DNA of 64,000 nucleotides from Cyanobacteria bacterium auto_48_18 (GCA_036170915.1 JAVHQC010000008.1:1-64000); one strand, 5' to 3'; positions 27,845 through 39,096 are shown, numbered from the stretch's first letter. The notes: generated by a model from the letters alone, not told the origin. Made by a program: numbers and translations.

Positions 27845-28309
27845 ATGAATTATCAGGCCGAAGGCTACCATTCCTTAACTCCATACATGACCATGCGCGA
27901 CGCGGCCAAAGCAATTGAGTTTTATAAGAAAGTTTTGGGCGCCACTGAGCGAATGAGACTAGATGGTCCCGATGGCACAATTGGGCATTGTGAATTGCAG
28001 ATTGGCGATTCAATAATTATGCTTGGTGACGAGTGTCCCGAAGGCAAAAGCCCCCACACTTTAGGTGGAAGCCCCGTTGGCCTTTTGCTGTACGTTCCGA
28101 ATGTGGACACCACAATTAAAGCTGCAATGGACAATGGCGCTACATTGCAAAAAGCTGCTCAAGATCAGTTCTATGGCGATCGTTCCGGCAGTGTTATAGA
28201 TCCTTTCGGTCACGTCTGGCATTTTGCTACTCATATAGAAGATGTTACTCCGGAAGAAATGCAAAAACGTGCTGCCGAAATGGCCAAACAGCACGCTGTA
28301 GCTAAGTAA
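27845..28309 (+). CDS. VOC/glyoxalase (PhnB-like) protein
   Basis: LTPY...DAAKAIEFYKKVLGA, HCELQIGDS, DQFYGDRSGSVIDPFGHVW. Confidence 0.92.
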   Translation: MNYQAEGYHSLTPYMTMRDAAKAIEFYKKVLGATERMRLDGPDGTIGHCELQIGDSIIMLGDECPEGKSPHTLGGSPVGLLLYVPNVDTTIKAAMDNGATLQKAAQDQFYGDRSGSVIDPFGHVWHFATHIEDVTPEEMQKRAAEMAKQHAVAK

Positions 28310-28338
28310 CGGGGCATTTTGAATTCGGTTAGTTAGAT

Positions 28339-28378
28339 AAATTGATCCATCAACCGTTAACGGTTGATGGATCAATTT
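28339..28378. repeat. Iterated palindrome copy (40-bp perfect palindrome)
   Basis: AAATTGATCCATCAACCGTTAACGGTTGATGGATCAATTT. Confidence 0.97.
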
Positions 28379-28419
28379 GCATGCCGGCGAGTGTGACTTT
28401 TGCAGTTTAGTCAGTACAA

Positions 28420-28447
28420 GATCATCAACCGTTAACGGTTGATGATC
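28420..28447. repeat. Iterated palindrome copy (28-bp perfect palindrome)
   Basis: GATCATCAACCGTTAACGGTTGATGATC. Confidence 0.95.
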
Positions 28448-28700
28448 AACACGAGCAAAGTCGAAGACATTAGAAATGCCCGAAATCGTTGCCCTGTAAT
28501 AATTTGCGTAATTTCATCGCGACCTAGCCACTCTGTAGCATCGGCAAAATTGCCGCTACAAAGTAGTCGCTTGACATGCGCAGCAGCAAAGCACGAGCAA
28601 ACGAGTAAAACAATGCAAAACGAAGTTAGCAAATTTTACCCGCAGGAACAGTTGCTGTTTACGCCGTCAGTTAAATTGAAATTTCTACAAAATAAATCTG

Positions 28701-28898
28701 TTATGCAGCCGAGCGTTTTCTCATGATTTTGTATGTTTCATACACTGCGCCTAATCCAACAAGTGCATAAACCACGCGGGTGGCAGTGCCGTCACCAAGC
28801 ATTGTCGTGACGAAATTATAGTTGAAAGCGCCTACGAGACCCCAGTTGATGCCACCGATCAGAACTAACAGAAATAAAATAAACTCCAAATTCTTCAT
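28701..28898 (-). CDS. DUF378 family small membrane protein
   Basis: LVLIGGINWGLVG.F...V....G...RVVYALVGL. Confidence 0.88.
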   Translation of the reverse strand: MKNLEFILFLLVLIGGINWGLVGAFNYNFVTTMLGDGTATRVVYALVGLGAVYETYKIMRKRSAA

Positions 28899-29189
28899 AG
28901 TATTTTTCACCTGGCAATCACATCTTTAAAACCTGCAGACACTCTCTGCAAATTGACATGAGTGCTTACTTACCATTCTAGTACGTGGAAGGGTAGGAAG
29001 TCAAGAGGTGAGATTGCTTGAATCCCTCTGGGCAATGGCTTCTTCTTGAAGGTATAGTTTTCAAAGTAATGTAGAATGGCTTAAACAGCGAGTCTTGGCG
29101 GCGTGCTTGAGCTAGAAGATTTAGAGCTGATAGGAGCGGGCGGGCTGCGGCTTTAGGGATCCCGCGACGATTTACTAGTGAGTTCAACC

Positions 29190-31742
29190 ATGAAATCTGG
29201 AGCAAAAGATCATTCGCCGCGAGCCGTCACCAATGACACCAGTCAGTTCGTCCTTGTACGTGGTGCGCGTGAGAATAATCTGAAAAATATTGATGTTGAT
29301 ATTCCGCGAGATGCCCTCGTAGTCTTTACTGGTGTGTCCGGTTCAGGCAAGTCGTCACTGGCTTTCGGCACACTTTATGCAGAAGCGCAGCGTCGATATC
29401 TAGAGTCTGTTTCACCTTATGCCAGGCGTCTTTTTCATCAGATGAGCGTGCCTGAAGTAGACAAAATTGATGGTCTGCCACCAGCGGTGGCGCTGCAACA
29501 ACAGCGTGGCACGCCCACTACCAGGTCATCTGTCGGTAGTGTCACTACTCTTTCAAATTTGCTGCGCATGCTTTATTCACGAGCAGGAACCTATCCGGCC
29601 AACCAACCACATCTGGATGCCGAGGCATTTTCCACTAACACTCCATCTGGTGCGTGTGCTGAATGCCATGGCCTCGGCCGCATCTATACGGTTACTGAGC
29701 AGTCCATGGTGCCTGACGACACCCTTACCATTCGCGAGCGCGCCATCGCCGCATGGCCACCAGCCTGGCACGGTCAAAATTTACGCGACATGCTTGTCAC
29801 TCTCGGGTACGACATCGACAAACCCTGGAACAAAATGTCGAAAAAAGATCGCGACTGGATTTTATTCACTGACGATCAGCCTGTAGTGCCCGTGTATGCC
29901 GGTTTTGAAGCGCACGAGGTTAAGGCGGCGCTGAAGCGCAAAGAGCCACCAAGCTATCACGGCAATTTTTCCAGCGCTCGCAGACATGTGCTCTACAATT
30001 TCGCCAATACACAGAGTGCACTGATGAAAAAGCGCGTCTCTAAATATATGGTCAGCGCCGATTGCCCCAGCTGCCAGGGTAAAAGGTTGCGTAAAGAGTC
30101 ACTATCAGTCACTTTCGCTGGCCTAGACATTGCTGACATTACTGATCTTCCCATGATTAAAATGCAAGCTTTGCTTGAGCCTTACGTTTCAGGCAAGGCA
30201 CCAGCTCTGGCTAAAATCTCAAAAGACCATCCGGAAAAAGCAGTGGTGGCGCAGCGTATCGCTCAAGATTTAAGTGATCGCATTTCGGTTTTGCTTAATT
30301 TAGGTCTTGGATATTTGGCGCTTAGCCGCGGCACCCCCACTCTTTCACCTGGTGAACTGCAGCGCTTGAGACTGGCTACTCAAGTGCGTTCTAATTTATT
30401 CGGCGTGGTTTATGTATTGGATGAACCGTCAGCCGGATTGCATCCTGCCGACACAGAGGCACTACTTGCGGCGCTGGCAGATTTAAAAAGTTCCGGAAAT
30501 TCACTTTTTGTGGTTGAACATGATCTCGACGTCATCAGACATGCTGACTGGATTGTAGACGTCGGACCTGCTGCTGGAGAGCACGGCGGACAAATTTTAT
30601 ATAGCGGGCCATCAGCCGGACTGGCAGAAATTTCAGACTCACGCACAAGGCAATATTTGTTTGCTTCTCCCTGGGTGCCAGAACGCCAGGCGCGCAAACC
30701 AGCAGGATGGCTGAAACTAGCCGGTGTAACCCGCAATAATTTAAATCAACTTGATATTGCTTTTCCTGTCAGCGCTTTTACAACGGTCACTGGCGTATCC
30801 GGTTCGGGTAAATCCAGTCTGGTCAGCCAGGCATTAGTGGAGCTTGTTGCTGAGCGCCTGGGACATCAATTACCTGTGGGCGAAGATGAAGGCGAGATGC
30901 TGGAGCGTGTAGAAATGGCGCGTACCGGTGGCCATATTGACGGTACTATGGATGGTATCAAGCGCCTGGTGGTTGTCGACCAAAAAGCTATTGGCCGCAC
31001 TCCTCGATCAAATCTTGCTACATATACTGGTCTATTTGATCACGTTCGCAAATTGTTTGCCAACACTAAAGCCGCCAAAGCCCGTCATTACGATGCCGGA
31101 CGCTTCTCCTTCAATGTTTCTAAAGGCCGTTGCGAAACTTGCGAAGGCGAGGGTTTCGTCATGGTCGAATTGCTTTTTTTGCCTAGCGTCTACGCTCCAT
31201 GTCCGACCTGTCATGGAGCCAGATACAATGCCAAAACTTTAGACATCAAATATCGAGATAAAAATATTGCCGAAGTGCTGGCTATGACTGTTGATGCCGC
31301 CTGGGAATTTTTCCAGGATGAGCCAACTATAAGACGCTCATTCCATGTTTTGCGTGAAGTAGGGCTTGGCTATTTGCGCCTTGGTCAGCCTGCTACCGAA
31401 TTGTCTGGTGGTGAAGCTCAGCGCATAAAATTGGCCACAGAATTGCAGCGAATGCAGAAAGGAGACACGCTCTATGTGCTCGATGAGCCCACCACGGGCC
31501 TTCACCCATCTGATGTGGAAAAGCTGTTGAAGCAGTTAGACGGTCTGGTTGATTCTGGTAATACTGTGGTTGTAGTCGAGCATGAAATGCGCGTGGTGGC
31601 AGGAAGTGATTGGGTGATTGATATCGGCCCTGGTGCCGGAGATCAAGGCGGCAAAGTTGTGGTTGCCGGGCCACCGAATCTGGTGGCGGCCGCAAAGAGT
31701 AGTCGCACTGCACCTTATTTAAAACGTTTTCTGGCTCAATAA
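29190..31742 (+). CDS. UvrA-family ATPase (short class II / DrrC-like paralogue)
   Basis: GARENNLKN, two [20 protein letters not shown] and [12 protein letters not shown], zinc modules; about 850 aa. Confidence 0.9.
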   Translation: MKSGAKDHSPRAVTNDTSQFVLVRGARENNLKNIDVDIPRDALVVFTGVSGSGKSSLAFGTLYAEAQRRYLESVSPYARRLFHQMSVPEVDKIDGLPPAVALQQQRGTPTTRSSVGSVTTLSNLLRMLYSRAGTYPANQPHLDAEAFSTNTPSGACAECHGLGRIYTVTEQSMVPDDTLTIRERAIAAWPPAWHGQNLRDMLVTLGYDIDKPWNKMSKKDRDWILFTDDQPVVPVYAGFEAHEVKAALKRKEPPSYHGNFSSARRHVLYNFANTQSALMKKRVSKYMVSADCPSCQGKRLRKESLSVTFAGLDIADITDLPMIKMQALLEPYVSGKAPALAKISKDHPEKAVVAQRIAQDLSDRISVLLNLGLGYLALSRGTPTLSPGELQRLRLATQVRSNLFGVVYVLDEPSAGLHPADTEALLAALADLKSSGNSLFVVEHDLDVIRHADWIVDVGPAAGEHGGQILYSGPSAGLAEISDSRTRQYLFASPWVPERQARKPAGWLKLAGVTRNNLNQLDIAFPVSAFTTVTGVSGSGKSSLVSQALVELVAERLGHQLPVGEDEGEMLERVEMARTGGHIDGTMDGIKRLVVVDQKAIGRTPRSNLATYTGLFDHVRKLFANTKAAKARHYDAGRFSFNVSKGRCETCEGEGFVMVELLFLPSVYAPCPTCHGARYNAKTLDIKYRDKNIAEVLAMTVDAAWEFFQDEPTIRRSFHVLREVGLGYLRLGQPATELSGGEAQRIKLATELQRMQKGDTLYVLDEPTTGLHPSDVEKLLKQLDGLVDSGNTVVVVEHEMRVVAGSDWVIDIGPGAGDQGGKVVVAGPPNLVAAAKSSRTAPYLKRFLAQ

Positions 31743-31744
31743 AT

Positions 31745-32398
31745 TTATGGCATTAACGGTTCTTTTTTACCTAAATATTTAGGCTTGCGACCGTTCATAA
31801 CATCAAACCAGGCCGCTTCAGCAGCCGCAATTTCGCGCAAGTCGTACCACGACTGAATAGCACCATATGACTGAATGCCGGCGTCTACGCCTACTACGTC
31901 GAGTCCGATTTTTTCTGCCAGAAACATGGCACGGGGTAAATGGTAACGTTGCGTCACCAGCACGGCCTGATTTACGGCAAAGATTTCACGAGCTCGGTAA
32001 AGGCTATCGTACGTTCTGAATCCGGCATAGTCGCAAGTTATATCGGTAGCTGGCACTCCCAGCTTTATTGCTACTCTTTTCATTGCCTGGGGTTCATTGT
32101 AGGAGAGTTGACCGTTGTCTCCGGTCATCAATATCTTTTTCACTTTGCCCAATTTGTACAAAGTGACGGCCGTCTTTATGCGATCGTTGAATTCGCGTGA
32201 GCCGATACCGGCACCAAATACGATGGCAACTGCTGCCGGTGGGACATCTTCTGCCTTGCTATAAATTTCATAGGGTCCATTTTCTACATCTAGATAGATA
32301 AGAAGCAACGACAGCAAAATCAGCGCCAACACAATCAGCGCTTGTCGCTGTCGAGAAATCTTGGTTATGGACCGGGCCAGGTCAGCGATTTTTGCCAT
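31745..32398 (-). CDS. SanA/YdcF (DUF218) family protein
   Basis: AIVFGAG, GDN...YNEP.AM, DYAGFRTYDS, TQRYHLPRA. Confidence 0.9.
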   Translation of the reverse strand: MAKIADLARSITKISRQRQALIVLALILLSLLLIYLDVENGPYEIYSKAEDVPPAAVAIVFGAGIGSREFNDRIKTAVTLYKLGKVKKILMTGDNGQLSYNEPQAMKRVAIKLGVPATDITCDYAGFRTYDSLYRAREIFAVNQAVLVTQRYHLPRAMFLAEKIGLDVVGVDAGIQSYGAIQSWYDLREIAAAEAAWFDVMNGRKPKYLGKKEPLMP

Positions 32399-32824
32399 GG
32401 ACGAACTTGCTACCTGTGATCTTCTTGCTACCTGTTACTGCAAGCATTTTGCCTATCTGGGGTCCACTCTGGTGTCGTGTCGGCCAGCCTGGAGGCATTG
32501 CTGATATTGACCCTGAGAGCACGATTGTACCACTAGATAAATTCTGCTTGACATCATGCCGTTTCATTGCTACATTCTGCTTTGAGGCAGTTTGCCTCCG
32601 GTATCCTTTTTACTAACCCAACTGAATAAATCTCGGTCATCTCTGGCGACTGCTTTGCATTAATATGCAATGGTACCGCCTGTAGTGCTCCGCCTGCTTG
32701 CCCCCCAGAGCAGGATACCTCGAGTATAGATTTACTTTGCTGTCAGGGCTGATACACCTGACCATCAACCTTTCGGTTGGTGACTTTCTTTACTAATTAA
32801 TTTTCCCACGAGGCATACCTCACC

Positions 32825-33676
32825 ATGCTAAGGATTCAAAACCCGATTTCTGACGGCTTGCGCTTAGGCGAACTTTTAATAGGCGCAGGTATTTTGACCC
32901 GTGAAGCTGTAGACGCCGCTCTCACTCTCTCTTGCGCTTCCAAGTTGCCCTTGGGTCGCGTGCTTGTCTCTACAGGCTATTTGAAAGATCTGCAAGTTGA
33001 CAGATTTGTAGCCGTGCAGAGACGTGCCCGAGCCGGTGGCTTGTGTGTGGCCGACGCGCGTCGCATAGTGCAAGAGCTGGCCTGGGGAGCAGAACATCTG
33101 CTGGTCGGCGAGCCGGAGAAAGTAGACGAGCCACATAGCATTCTCATTGCGCTTTTGGCGAAGGCCGGAGTATTGACCAAGAATGAGATTCCATATGTGG
33201 TGCGCTCAAGCATCGATGCTGACATGACTTGCGGGCGCATGTTGTTGATGCGCAGGCGCATTGCTCCGGCGTTTCATCGCCAGTGCATTGAGCTATTGGT
33301 GCGTTATCGCCAGGGACAATTATCGTTCGCCAAAGCCGCCGACGAGTGTCGCAGGCTTTACCAGGGTGGCGCCTATGTTGATGACAAAAACTCACCTGGT
33401 ACTAGCGATGGCACGCGCAAGATGGGACAACTCATGGTCAACGCCGGTTTTATCGACGAAACTGAACTTTACGACGCTCTCGAAATTAGTTTGAGTATGA
33501 ATAGAAAGTTGGGAGAAGTATTGGTGGAAGCCGGTTTTGTTATGCAAGAAGCGGTGGAGATTTGTGTGGCCATGGTTAAACGCATAGTTGTAGGCGAGGT
33601 AGCCGCCAACGATGCCGCTAACTATTTGCGCCAGCGCTTTGTTGCTCTGCCAAGACATTTTGGCGAAGTAGTCTAA
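32825..33676 (+). CDS. Stand-alone MshEN-repeat protein (putative c-di-GMP receptor)
   Basis: RLGELLIGAGIL...LPLGRVLVSTGYL; RKMGQLMVNAGFI...RKLGEVLVEAGFV. Confidence 0.72.
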   Translation: MLRIQNPISDGLRLGELLIGAGILTREAVDAALTLSCASKLPLGRVLVSTGYLKDLQVDRFVAVQRRARAGGLCVADARRIVQELAWGAEHLLVGEPEKVDEPHSILIALLAKAGVLTKNEIPYVVRSSIDADMTCGRMLLMRRRIAPAFHRQCIELLVRYRQGQLSFAKAADECRRLYQGGAYVDDKNSPGTSDGTRKMGQLMVNAGFIDETELYDALEISLSMNRKLGEVLVEAGFVMQEAVEICVAMVKRIVVGEVAANDAANYLRQRFVALPRHFGEVV

Positions 33677-33702
33677 CGAAGTAGTCTAACGAAGTAGTTT
33701 AA
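33664..33702. repeat. Tandem repeat, 3 x 13 bp (CGAAGTAGTCTAA), containing the stop codon
   Basis: Read directly between convergent genes; third unit has one mismatch. Confidence 0.85.
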
Positions 33703-33705
33703 CGA

Positions 33706-34383
33706 TTAACGATGCTTCTTCTTGGCGTTGCCGCAGCAAGTTGATTTGAAAACTTTCTTTTTCACTTTGCCGGCAGTGGCGGCGCCGGCGGTAGCTTTGA
33801 TTGGTGCCACTGTCTTAGACGGCTGCCAGAGCCGGTTGGCGCGATATTTTTTTATCGTTTCGCTGGGCTCATCAAAAGGATATTCTTTCTCGAAAATAAC
33901 ATCGATGGCTTGCTGAATTTGCTTCATCGTTTTACCTTCGCGTTTCATTTTAAGCGCAATTAGCGCTTCTTCCTGGCAGATGTGACAGTCAACACCGTGG
34001 TCGGTAGTGAAGCAGTCAAGCAAACTGCTGTGTTCATCGGTTAAATCACAGCCGCAATAGCAAAAAAGCTGAGCGCAAATTTCAGGACAAAGTTTTGCTG
34101 CGGCATAACCGCTTTTGGCGTGACCAAAATATTTGTTCGGATCAAGTACGGGCTTCAACCCGCTAGCACTTGTTGTCGCCGGTGATTGCACTGGGGCGGT
34201 AATTCCTGAGGAATTTGGCGAATTTGGTGAATTTTCAGCTGCCATGCCTGGCACGGGCGACTGGTACATCGTTAACAGGGCGAATAATCCAAAGCTTAAA
34301 ACTGCGCGCCGTCGCGGACCGAAAAAAATACCTTTAAAGGTATTTTTTCTAAAAATTATGCCACTGCCACGGGCTGCCGACAT
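33706..34383 (-). CDS. PCYCGC-motif family exported protein
   Basis: LFCYCGC...HSSLLDCF...HGVDCHICQEEA. Confidence 0.8.
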   Translation of the reverse strand: MSAARGSGIIFRKNTFKGIFFGPRRRAVLSFGLFALLTMYQSPVPGMAAENSPNSPNSSGITAPVQSPATTSASGLKPVLDPNKYFGHAKSGYAAAKLCPEICAQLFCYCGCDLTDEHSSLLDCFTTDHGVDCHICQEEALIALKMKREGKTMKQIQQAIDVIFEKEYPFDEPSETIKKYRANRLWQPSKTVAPIKATAGAATAGKVKKKVFKSTCCGNAKKKHR

Positions 34384-34576
34384 TGTTTAACTGGGCCTCA
34401 GAAACCACTTCAAACTGAGAGGTGCGTAATAAAGTATAGATAATGCCGCCGAATATTGCTGCAATGTTGCGTTCTTCCCTCTATCAGACGCCCTTTTGCC
34501 TGTTTTTCAAGAGGATTTGTTATGATCAGCCTTCAGCTATTCAAATGTAAGAAGAAACGCAAGAGAGTGTCAGCTT

Positions 34577-36517
34577 ATGACCATGCAATATGACGTTGTA
34601 GTAATCGGTGGCGGTCATGCCGGCTGTGAAGCGGCTAATGCCAGCGCGCGCATGGGTTTAAGCACCCTGCTTCTGGCGGTCAATCTTGACACTATTGGCG
34701 CCATGCCTTGCAATCCGGCTGTGGGCGGCCCGGGCAAAACTCATCTGGCCCGCGAAGTGGACGCCCTGGGCGGCGTCATGGGCGTGGCCACCGATGCTAC
34801 TTATTTACAAATACGCATGCTCAACTCCAGCCGCGGGCCGGCGGTGCAGTCTTTGCGGGCTCAATCAGACAAGCGCGAATATTCCGCCTGGATGAAAGAA
34901 TACATGGAATCGCTGCCCAATCTCACTTTGAGACAGGGAATGGTGCAGAATTTGCTCTTAACGGACGGCAAGGTGTCAGGCATTGAACTTGCTTTTGGCG
35001 ATCGCATTAACTGCCGTGCCGCTGTGCTTTGCGCCGGTACATTTTTGGAAGGCACAATCTGGATTGGCAAAGAGACAATGCCTGCCGGTCGCGCCGGTGA
35101 ATTTCCAGCGGTGGGGCTTTCGGGTTTTCTACGCGCTCTAGGATTCACTACAGCCAGGCTCAAGACTGGCACTCCGCCTCGCATTGACGGCCGCACCATT
35201 GATTACAGTCAGTTACCGGTAGTGCCCGGCGACGATCAACTGCAGTTCTTTTCTTTCCTCGATAATCGGCCCGTGCTGCCGCAGATTCCCTGCCATCAAA
35301 CTCGCACTAATGAAAGAACTCACGAACTGATTCGTGCTAACTTGCACCAATCTCCCATGTATTCCGGCATGATTCACGGCGTGGGGCCTCGTTATTGCCC
35401 GTCTATCGAAGACAAAGTGGTGCGCTTTGCCGACAAAGACAGCCACTCGCTTTTTCTTGAACCTGAGGGCCGCTCTACCTACGAAGTCTACTTGCAGGGC
35501 TGTTCTACCAGCCTGCCCGTGGCTGTGCAACATGATATTGTGCACTCTTTGCCTGGTCTCGAAAATGCTTCCATGGTGCGGCCGGCCTACGCTGTGGAAT
35601 ACGATTATTTGCCCGCCATTCAGTTCAATCACGCTCTCATGGCTAAAGATTTGCCCGGATTTTTCGCTGCCGGCCAGATTCTTGGTACTTCTGGCTACGA
35701 AGAAGCTGCCGCTCAGGGCATCATGGCTGGTATCAACGCCGCCCTTTATGCTCTTGATAAAGAAGCTTTCGAACTGCCGCGTTCGAGCAGTTATACGGGC
35801 ACTTTAATTGATGATCTGGTAACCAAAGAAATCGGCGAACCCTATCGCATGATGACTTCGCGTTCTGAATATAGATTGCTTCTGCGCCAAGATAATGCCG
35901 ACATGCGGTTGACCCCTCTAGGGCGGCAAATTGGCATGGTAGACGACCATCGCTGGCGGCTCTTTGAGCACAAGCAAGAAGCCATTGGCGCTGAGATGAA
36001 AAGGCTCAAGACTGTGCGCATTCACCCAAATGTCAGTTGGGAGGCAGCTCTTGCCCCTTATGACGAAACCATGAAACAATCTGCCACCTTAGAAGAATTG
36101 CTGCGCAGGCCCAAGCTACCGTACAGTGTGATTGAGAAGCTGGCTCCAGCTCAAGATCCTGGCGTAAGCGAGAGCAAGCCGTTTGAATTTCCCCTCGAAG
36201 TTGAAACTGATATTAAATACGCTGGTTATATTGAACGTCAGCGGCTGCTCATTGCCCAGACTGAAAAGCTCGACGGCTTCAAGCTTTCGCCCGACTTCAA
36301 CTATCTGGCGGCAGACCACCTGTCTAAAGAGGCACGCGAAAAACTCAATCGCATTCGACCCACCACTCTTGGGCAAGCCTCGCGCATAGGTGGTGTGAGC
36401 CCAGCTGATATTTCTGTGCTTATGGTTATGCTAGAGCAAAAATGTCGCGCTGACAGTGGACGTACTGACAACGGACGTACTGAAAACGGACGCACCAAGG
36501 CTGGCGCTTCTGTTTAA
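34577..36517 (+). CDS. mnmG: tRNA uridine 5-carboxymethylaminomethyl modification enzyme
   Basis: GGGHAGCEAA, MPCNPAVGG, RLKTGTPPR, GPRYCPSIEDK, GYEEAAAQG, SRSEYRLLLRQDNAD. Confidence 0.98.
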   Translation: MTMQYDVVVIGGGHAGCEAANASARMGLSTLLLAVNLDTIGAMPCNPAVGGPGKTHLAREVDALGGVMGVATDATYLQIRMLNSSRGPAVQSLRAQSDKREYSAWMKEYMESLPNLTLRQGMVQNLLLTDGKVSGIELAFGDRINCRAAVLCAGTFLEGTIWIGKETMPAGRAGEFPAVGLSGFLRALGFTTARLKTGTPPRIDGRTIDYSQLPVVPGDDQLQFFSFLDNRPVLPQIPCHQTRTNERTHELIRANLHQSPMYSGMIHGVGPRYCPSIEDKVVRFADKDSHSLFLEPEGRSTYEVYLQGCSTSLPVAVQHDIVHSLPGLENASMVRPAYAVEYDYLPAIQFNHALMAKDLPGFFAAGQILGTSGYEEAAAQGIMAGINAALYALDKEAFELPRSSSYTGTLIDDLVTKEIGEPYRMMTSRSEYRLLLRQDNADMRLTPLGRQIGMVDDHRWRLFEHKQEAIGAEMKRLKTVRIHPNVSWEAALAPYDETMKQSATLEELLRRPKLPYSVIEKLAPAQDPGVSESKPFEFPLEVETDIKYAGYIERQRLLIAQTEKLDGFKLSPDFNYLAADHLSKEAREKLNRIRPTTLGQASRIGGVSPADISVLMVMLEQKCRADSGRTDNGRTENGRTKAGASV

Positions 36518-37484
36518 GAGGTCTCCGCCGAAGTATTTACACGACGCGCCGCTAGCGGCCGTAATTTTGTTGCCACTATATCTGGTATCGCTGCTTGCTC
36601 CCGCTCAAGCGCAGCCGGCCGACATTTTTAAATTGACTGGCGGCATTACTCATAGCGAAAAACTTGAACCCATGCCTGAGCATGAGCGTATTGGCAGTTC
36701 CGCCAGTCAAAATGCTGCGGCCGCCGCTAGCTCAGTGCCGCCAGCGTCGATTAATTATCCGCCAGTTAATTCCCGAGCCAATACGCAGGCAAGTTCTCAC
36801 GCCAACTCCCACGCCAATACGGGTCTTCACTCGACAGGTTCGGCAGGCTCCGTGCGCACTCCGGCGCTTCCGCAACTCAATCCAATCTACGCCACTCCCC
36901 ACATCGATCCCTGGCAGGGACAGTATAAAAATCGTCTGCGCCAGCTTGCTCAGCAGAATGTACATGCCACAAGCGGTGGCGCCAGACGCAATCAAAAAGT
37001 GCAGATTAAAGTGCCACTGTGGTTGGCCGGCCAGTGGCAGCGCACTGAAACAAATGAAATTTCGCGCAAAGATCTTCCCACTGGTAAGGCTCTTAAGCCA
37101 GTAGGCAAGCAGGTCGCCATCGTCACCGATAATTTTGGTTTGTTCAAGGATAGACGCGGCAATGTTTTCATGATCGTACCGCTCGGGGCTGTGGGAGCCA
37201 TTGACCGCGGCTTTGCCGTAGATTATCACCAGGTGAAAAAATACGATCTGGTTTTATTGGGCAAGAATTCTGCTCTGGTAAAAGTGCAAGCTACTCACCG
37301 GGTAGTGGACAAGAAAGAGCAAAAAGTAATAGCCGCCTATCAGGATGAAGAGCTAACTACTTACACCCTGGTGCGCGATGGGCTGGTAAAGAATGAAAGT
37401 TCGGTCAAAGTTTTCGACCAAATGGGCCAGCCGAAATTACTCACACGCGCGGTTTCTGTGGAACGCCGGGTAAAGAGAATATGA
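36456..37484 (+). CDS. Hypothetical exported protein (true start probably downstream of the mnmG stop)
   Basis: Hydrophobic signal ending AQA, low-complexity linker, beta-rich C-domain. Confidence 0.55.
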   Translation: MDVLTTDVLKTDAPRLALLFKRSPPKYLHDAPLAAVILLPLYLVSLLAPAQAQPADIFKLTGGITHSEKLEPMPEHERIGSSASQNAAAAASSVPPASINYPPVNSRANTQASSHANSHANTGLHSTGSAGSVRTPALPQLNPIYATPHIDPWQGQYKNRLRQLAQQNVHATSGGARRNQKVQIKVPLWLAGQWQRTETNEISRKDLPTGKALKPVGKQVAIVTDNFGLFKDRRGNVFMIVPLGAVGAIDRGFAVDYHQVKKYDLVLLGKNSALVKVQATHRVVDKKEQKVIAAYQDEELTTYTLVRDGLVKNESSVKVFDQMGQPKLLTRAVSVERRVKRI

Positions 37485-38134
37485 CCACTGCTGCAAGCAC
37501 CGCTATTTTGAGGCTGGAGAATAATTTGACAGCTGAACTGACAGGGTTAGAGGCCTTAGATTTTTGCCTTGATGGCTGGACGTTGACTCACTCTGATGAG
37601 CACCGCCGGCAGTGGATGCGCGACGCCGAAGGCGATTTGCACGCCAGCTGTTTGATGCTGATTCATCAGGCAGAGCCGCTGGAAGGACTTGACCTTGCTG
37701 ACTATGTGGCAGTACGACAGGCGGTGCTGGCTATCGCTCAGCAGGCGGATCAAACTCTGGTCAGCCTCGAAATCTTAAAGGCCGCGGGGCAGCCTGCCCT
37801 GTGGTACATACTCAAACAGAAGCAATCGGGCAGCGGCAATGTTTATTCAGGCTGCATGCTTTTACCTTTAAGCGAAAGCTTCTACACAATGCAGATAGTT
37901 TGCCTCGAAACCGGCATCACAGGCATTCGCGAAGCGATCATCATGGATCGTTTGATCGCTAAAGGCATAGCTATTAAAGATCTCTCCGAAGGGCAAAATA
38001 GCGAGGACGGCACCGCTAAGGCGCGTTATAGTTCTGACGCTGATAGCCATGACAGCCAATTTCCTAATCACCCACTTTCACGGGTACGCCGCTATTTCGC
38101 TGAAATTATTGGCGCCATGACACTAAAGAAATAG
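37481..38134 (+). CDS. Hypothetical protein
   Basis: ATGA overlap with the upstream ORF; ETGITGIRE and D.QFP.HPLSR.R segments. Confidence 0.65.
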   Translation: MTTAASTAILRLENNLTAELTGLEALDFCLDGWTLTHSDEHRRQWMRDAEGDLHASCLMLIHQAEPLEGLDLADYVAVRQAVLAIAQQADQTLVSLEILKAAGQPALWYILKQKQSGSGNVYSGCMLLPLSESFYTMQIVCLETGITGIREAIIMDRLIAKGIAIKDLSEGQNSEDGTAKARYSSDADSHDSQFPNHPLSRVRRYFAEIIGAMTLKK

Positions 38135-38163
38135 AGACTCAAGCATAAGCGTGAGTCTCTATT
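38130..38163. terminator. Probable bidirectional terminator
   Basis: AATAGAGACTCA...TGAGTCTCTATT between convergent genes. Confidence 0.6.
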
Positions 38164-38184
38164 AATTGCTTCAGCTGCGACCTT

Positions 38185-39096
38185 TTAGCTGGCGCGCAGC
38201 AGGTCGCCCTGCTTTTTGCTGGCATCGCCGGCGGTGCTTACTGCTTCGATGGAATCAACCACAGCCACTGACTTTGCATTAAGCAAACTGGCTGGAGAAT
38301 AGATTTGATTGATGGCAGGCAAACTTTCCGTATATTCGCGGGCAGCTTGCATCATGCGCTCGTGCGAAACCACATTCATCCGTGTGATCATTCCCACTTT
38401 GTGCATAGCCACCATTACCCACCACGACAGGTCTAGTTCGTACCAGGCCATGCCGCTTTTTGCAGAGCCGGGAGCGGCGTGATGGTTGTTATGCCAACCT
38501 TCGCCCATGGCCAGCAGTCCAACCCACCAGACATTGACGCTATCGTCTTCAGCAGCGTAGGTCTTGTAGCCATATTCGGGCAAGTGGCAAAAAACATTGA
38601 GCATCAATGGAATTTGTTGTACAGCCAAACCAGCCAGCAGACTGGCTAGAGCTGGAACCCAGCCGAAGGCGAGCAAGATCGCGCCGCGATAAACCAGATT
38701 CAAAACATATGAGAGAGTGTGCGCCCGGCGCCAGTTGCCGCCCTGTTCGAGAAATGCGTAAATGGGATCATCAATCAGATCTTTAGACTGCAATTTAGGG
38801 TCAATATGAGGAGCATATTCCATTTTTGCCAACCAACCCAGGTGAGCGTATTTAACGTCAAACCGCGGGGAGTGAGGGTCAAGCGGCGTATCTACATGAT
38901 GGTGATGAGCGCGGTGCATCGTGCTCCACCAGATAGGTGATCCTTCAAAGGCCAAATATCCGGGGAAAACCCAGAGATATTCCACCCATTTGGGGCAGGT
39001 GTACGACCTGTGTGAGAGTCCTCGGTGGTAGCCGATGGTGATGCCCATGGCGTGCCAGACGTAGAAAGCGACAAATAACAAAATGAATTCGATCAA
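38185..39096 (-). CDS. Delta-9 fatty acid (acyl-CoA/acyl-lipid) desaturase
   Basis: His boxes GYHRGLSH, HRAHH, GEGWHNNHH; DPHSP. Confidence 0.92.
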   Translation of the reverse strand: MIEFILLFVAFYVWHAMGITIGYHRGLSHRSYTCPKWVEYLWVFPGYLAFEGSPIWWSTMHRAHHHHVDTPLDPHSPRFDVKYAHLGWLAKMEYAPHIDPKLQSKDLIDDPIYAFLEQGGNWRRAHTLSYVLNLVYRGAILLAFGWVPALASLLAGLAVQQIPLMLNVFCHLPEYGYKTYAAEDDSVNVWWVGLLAMGEGWHNNHHAAPGSAKSGMAWYELDLSWWVMVAMHKVGMITRMNVVSHERMMQAAREYTESLPAINQIYSPASLLNAKSVAVVDSIEAVSTAGDASKKQGDLLRAS

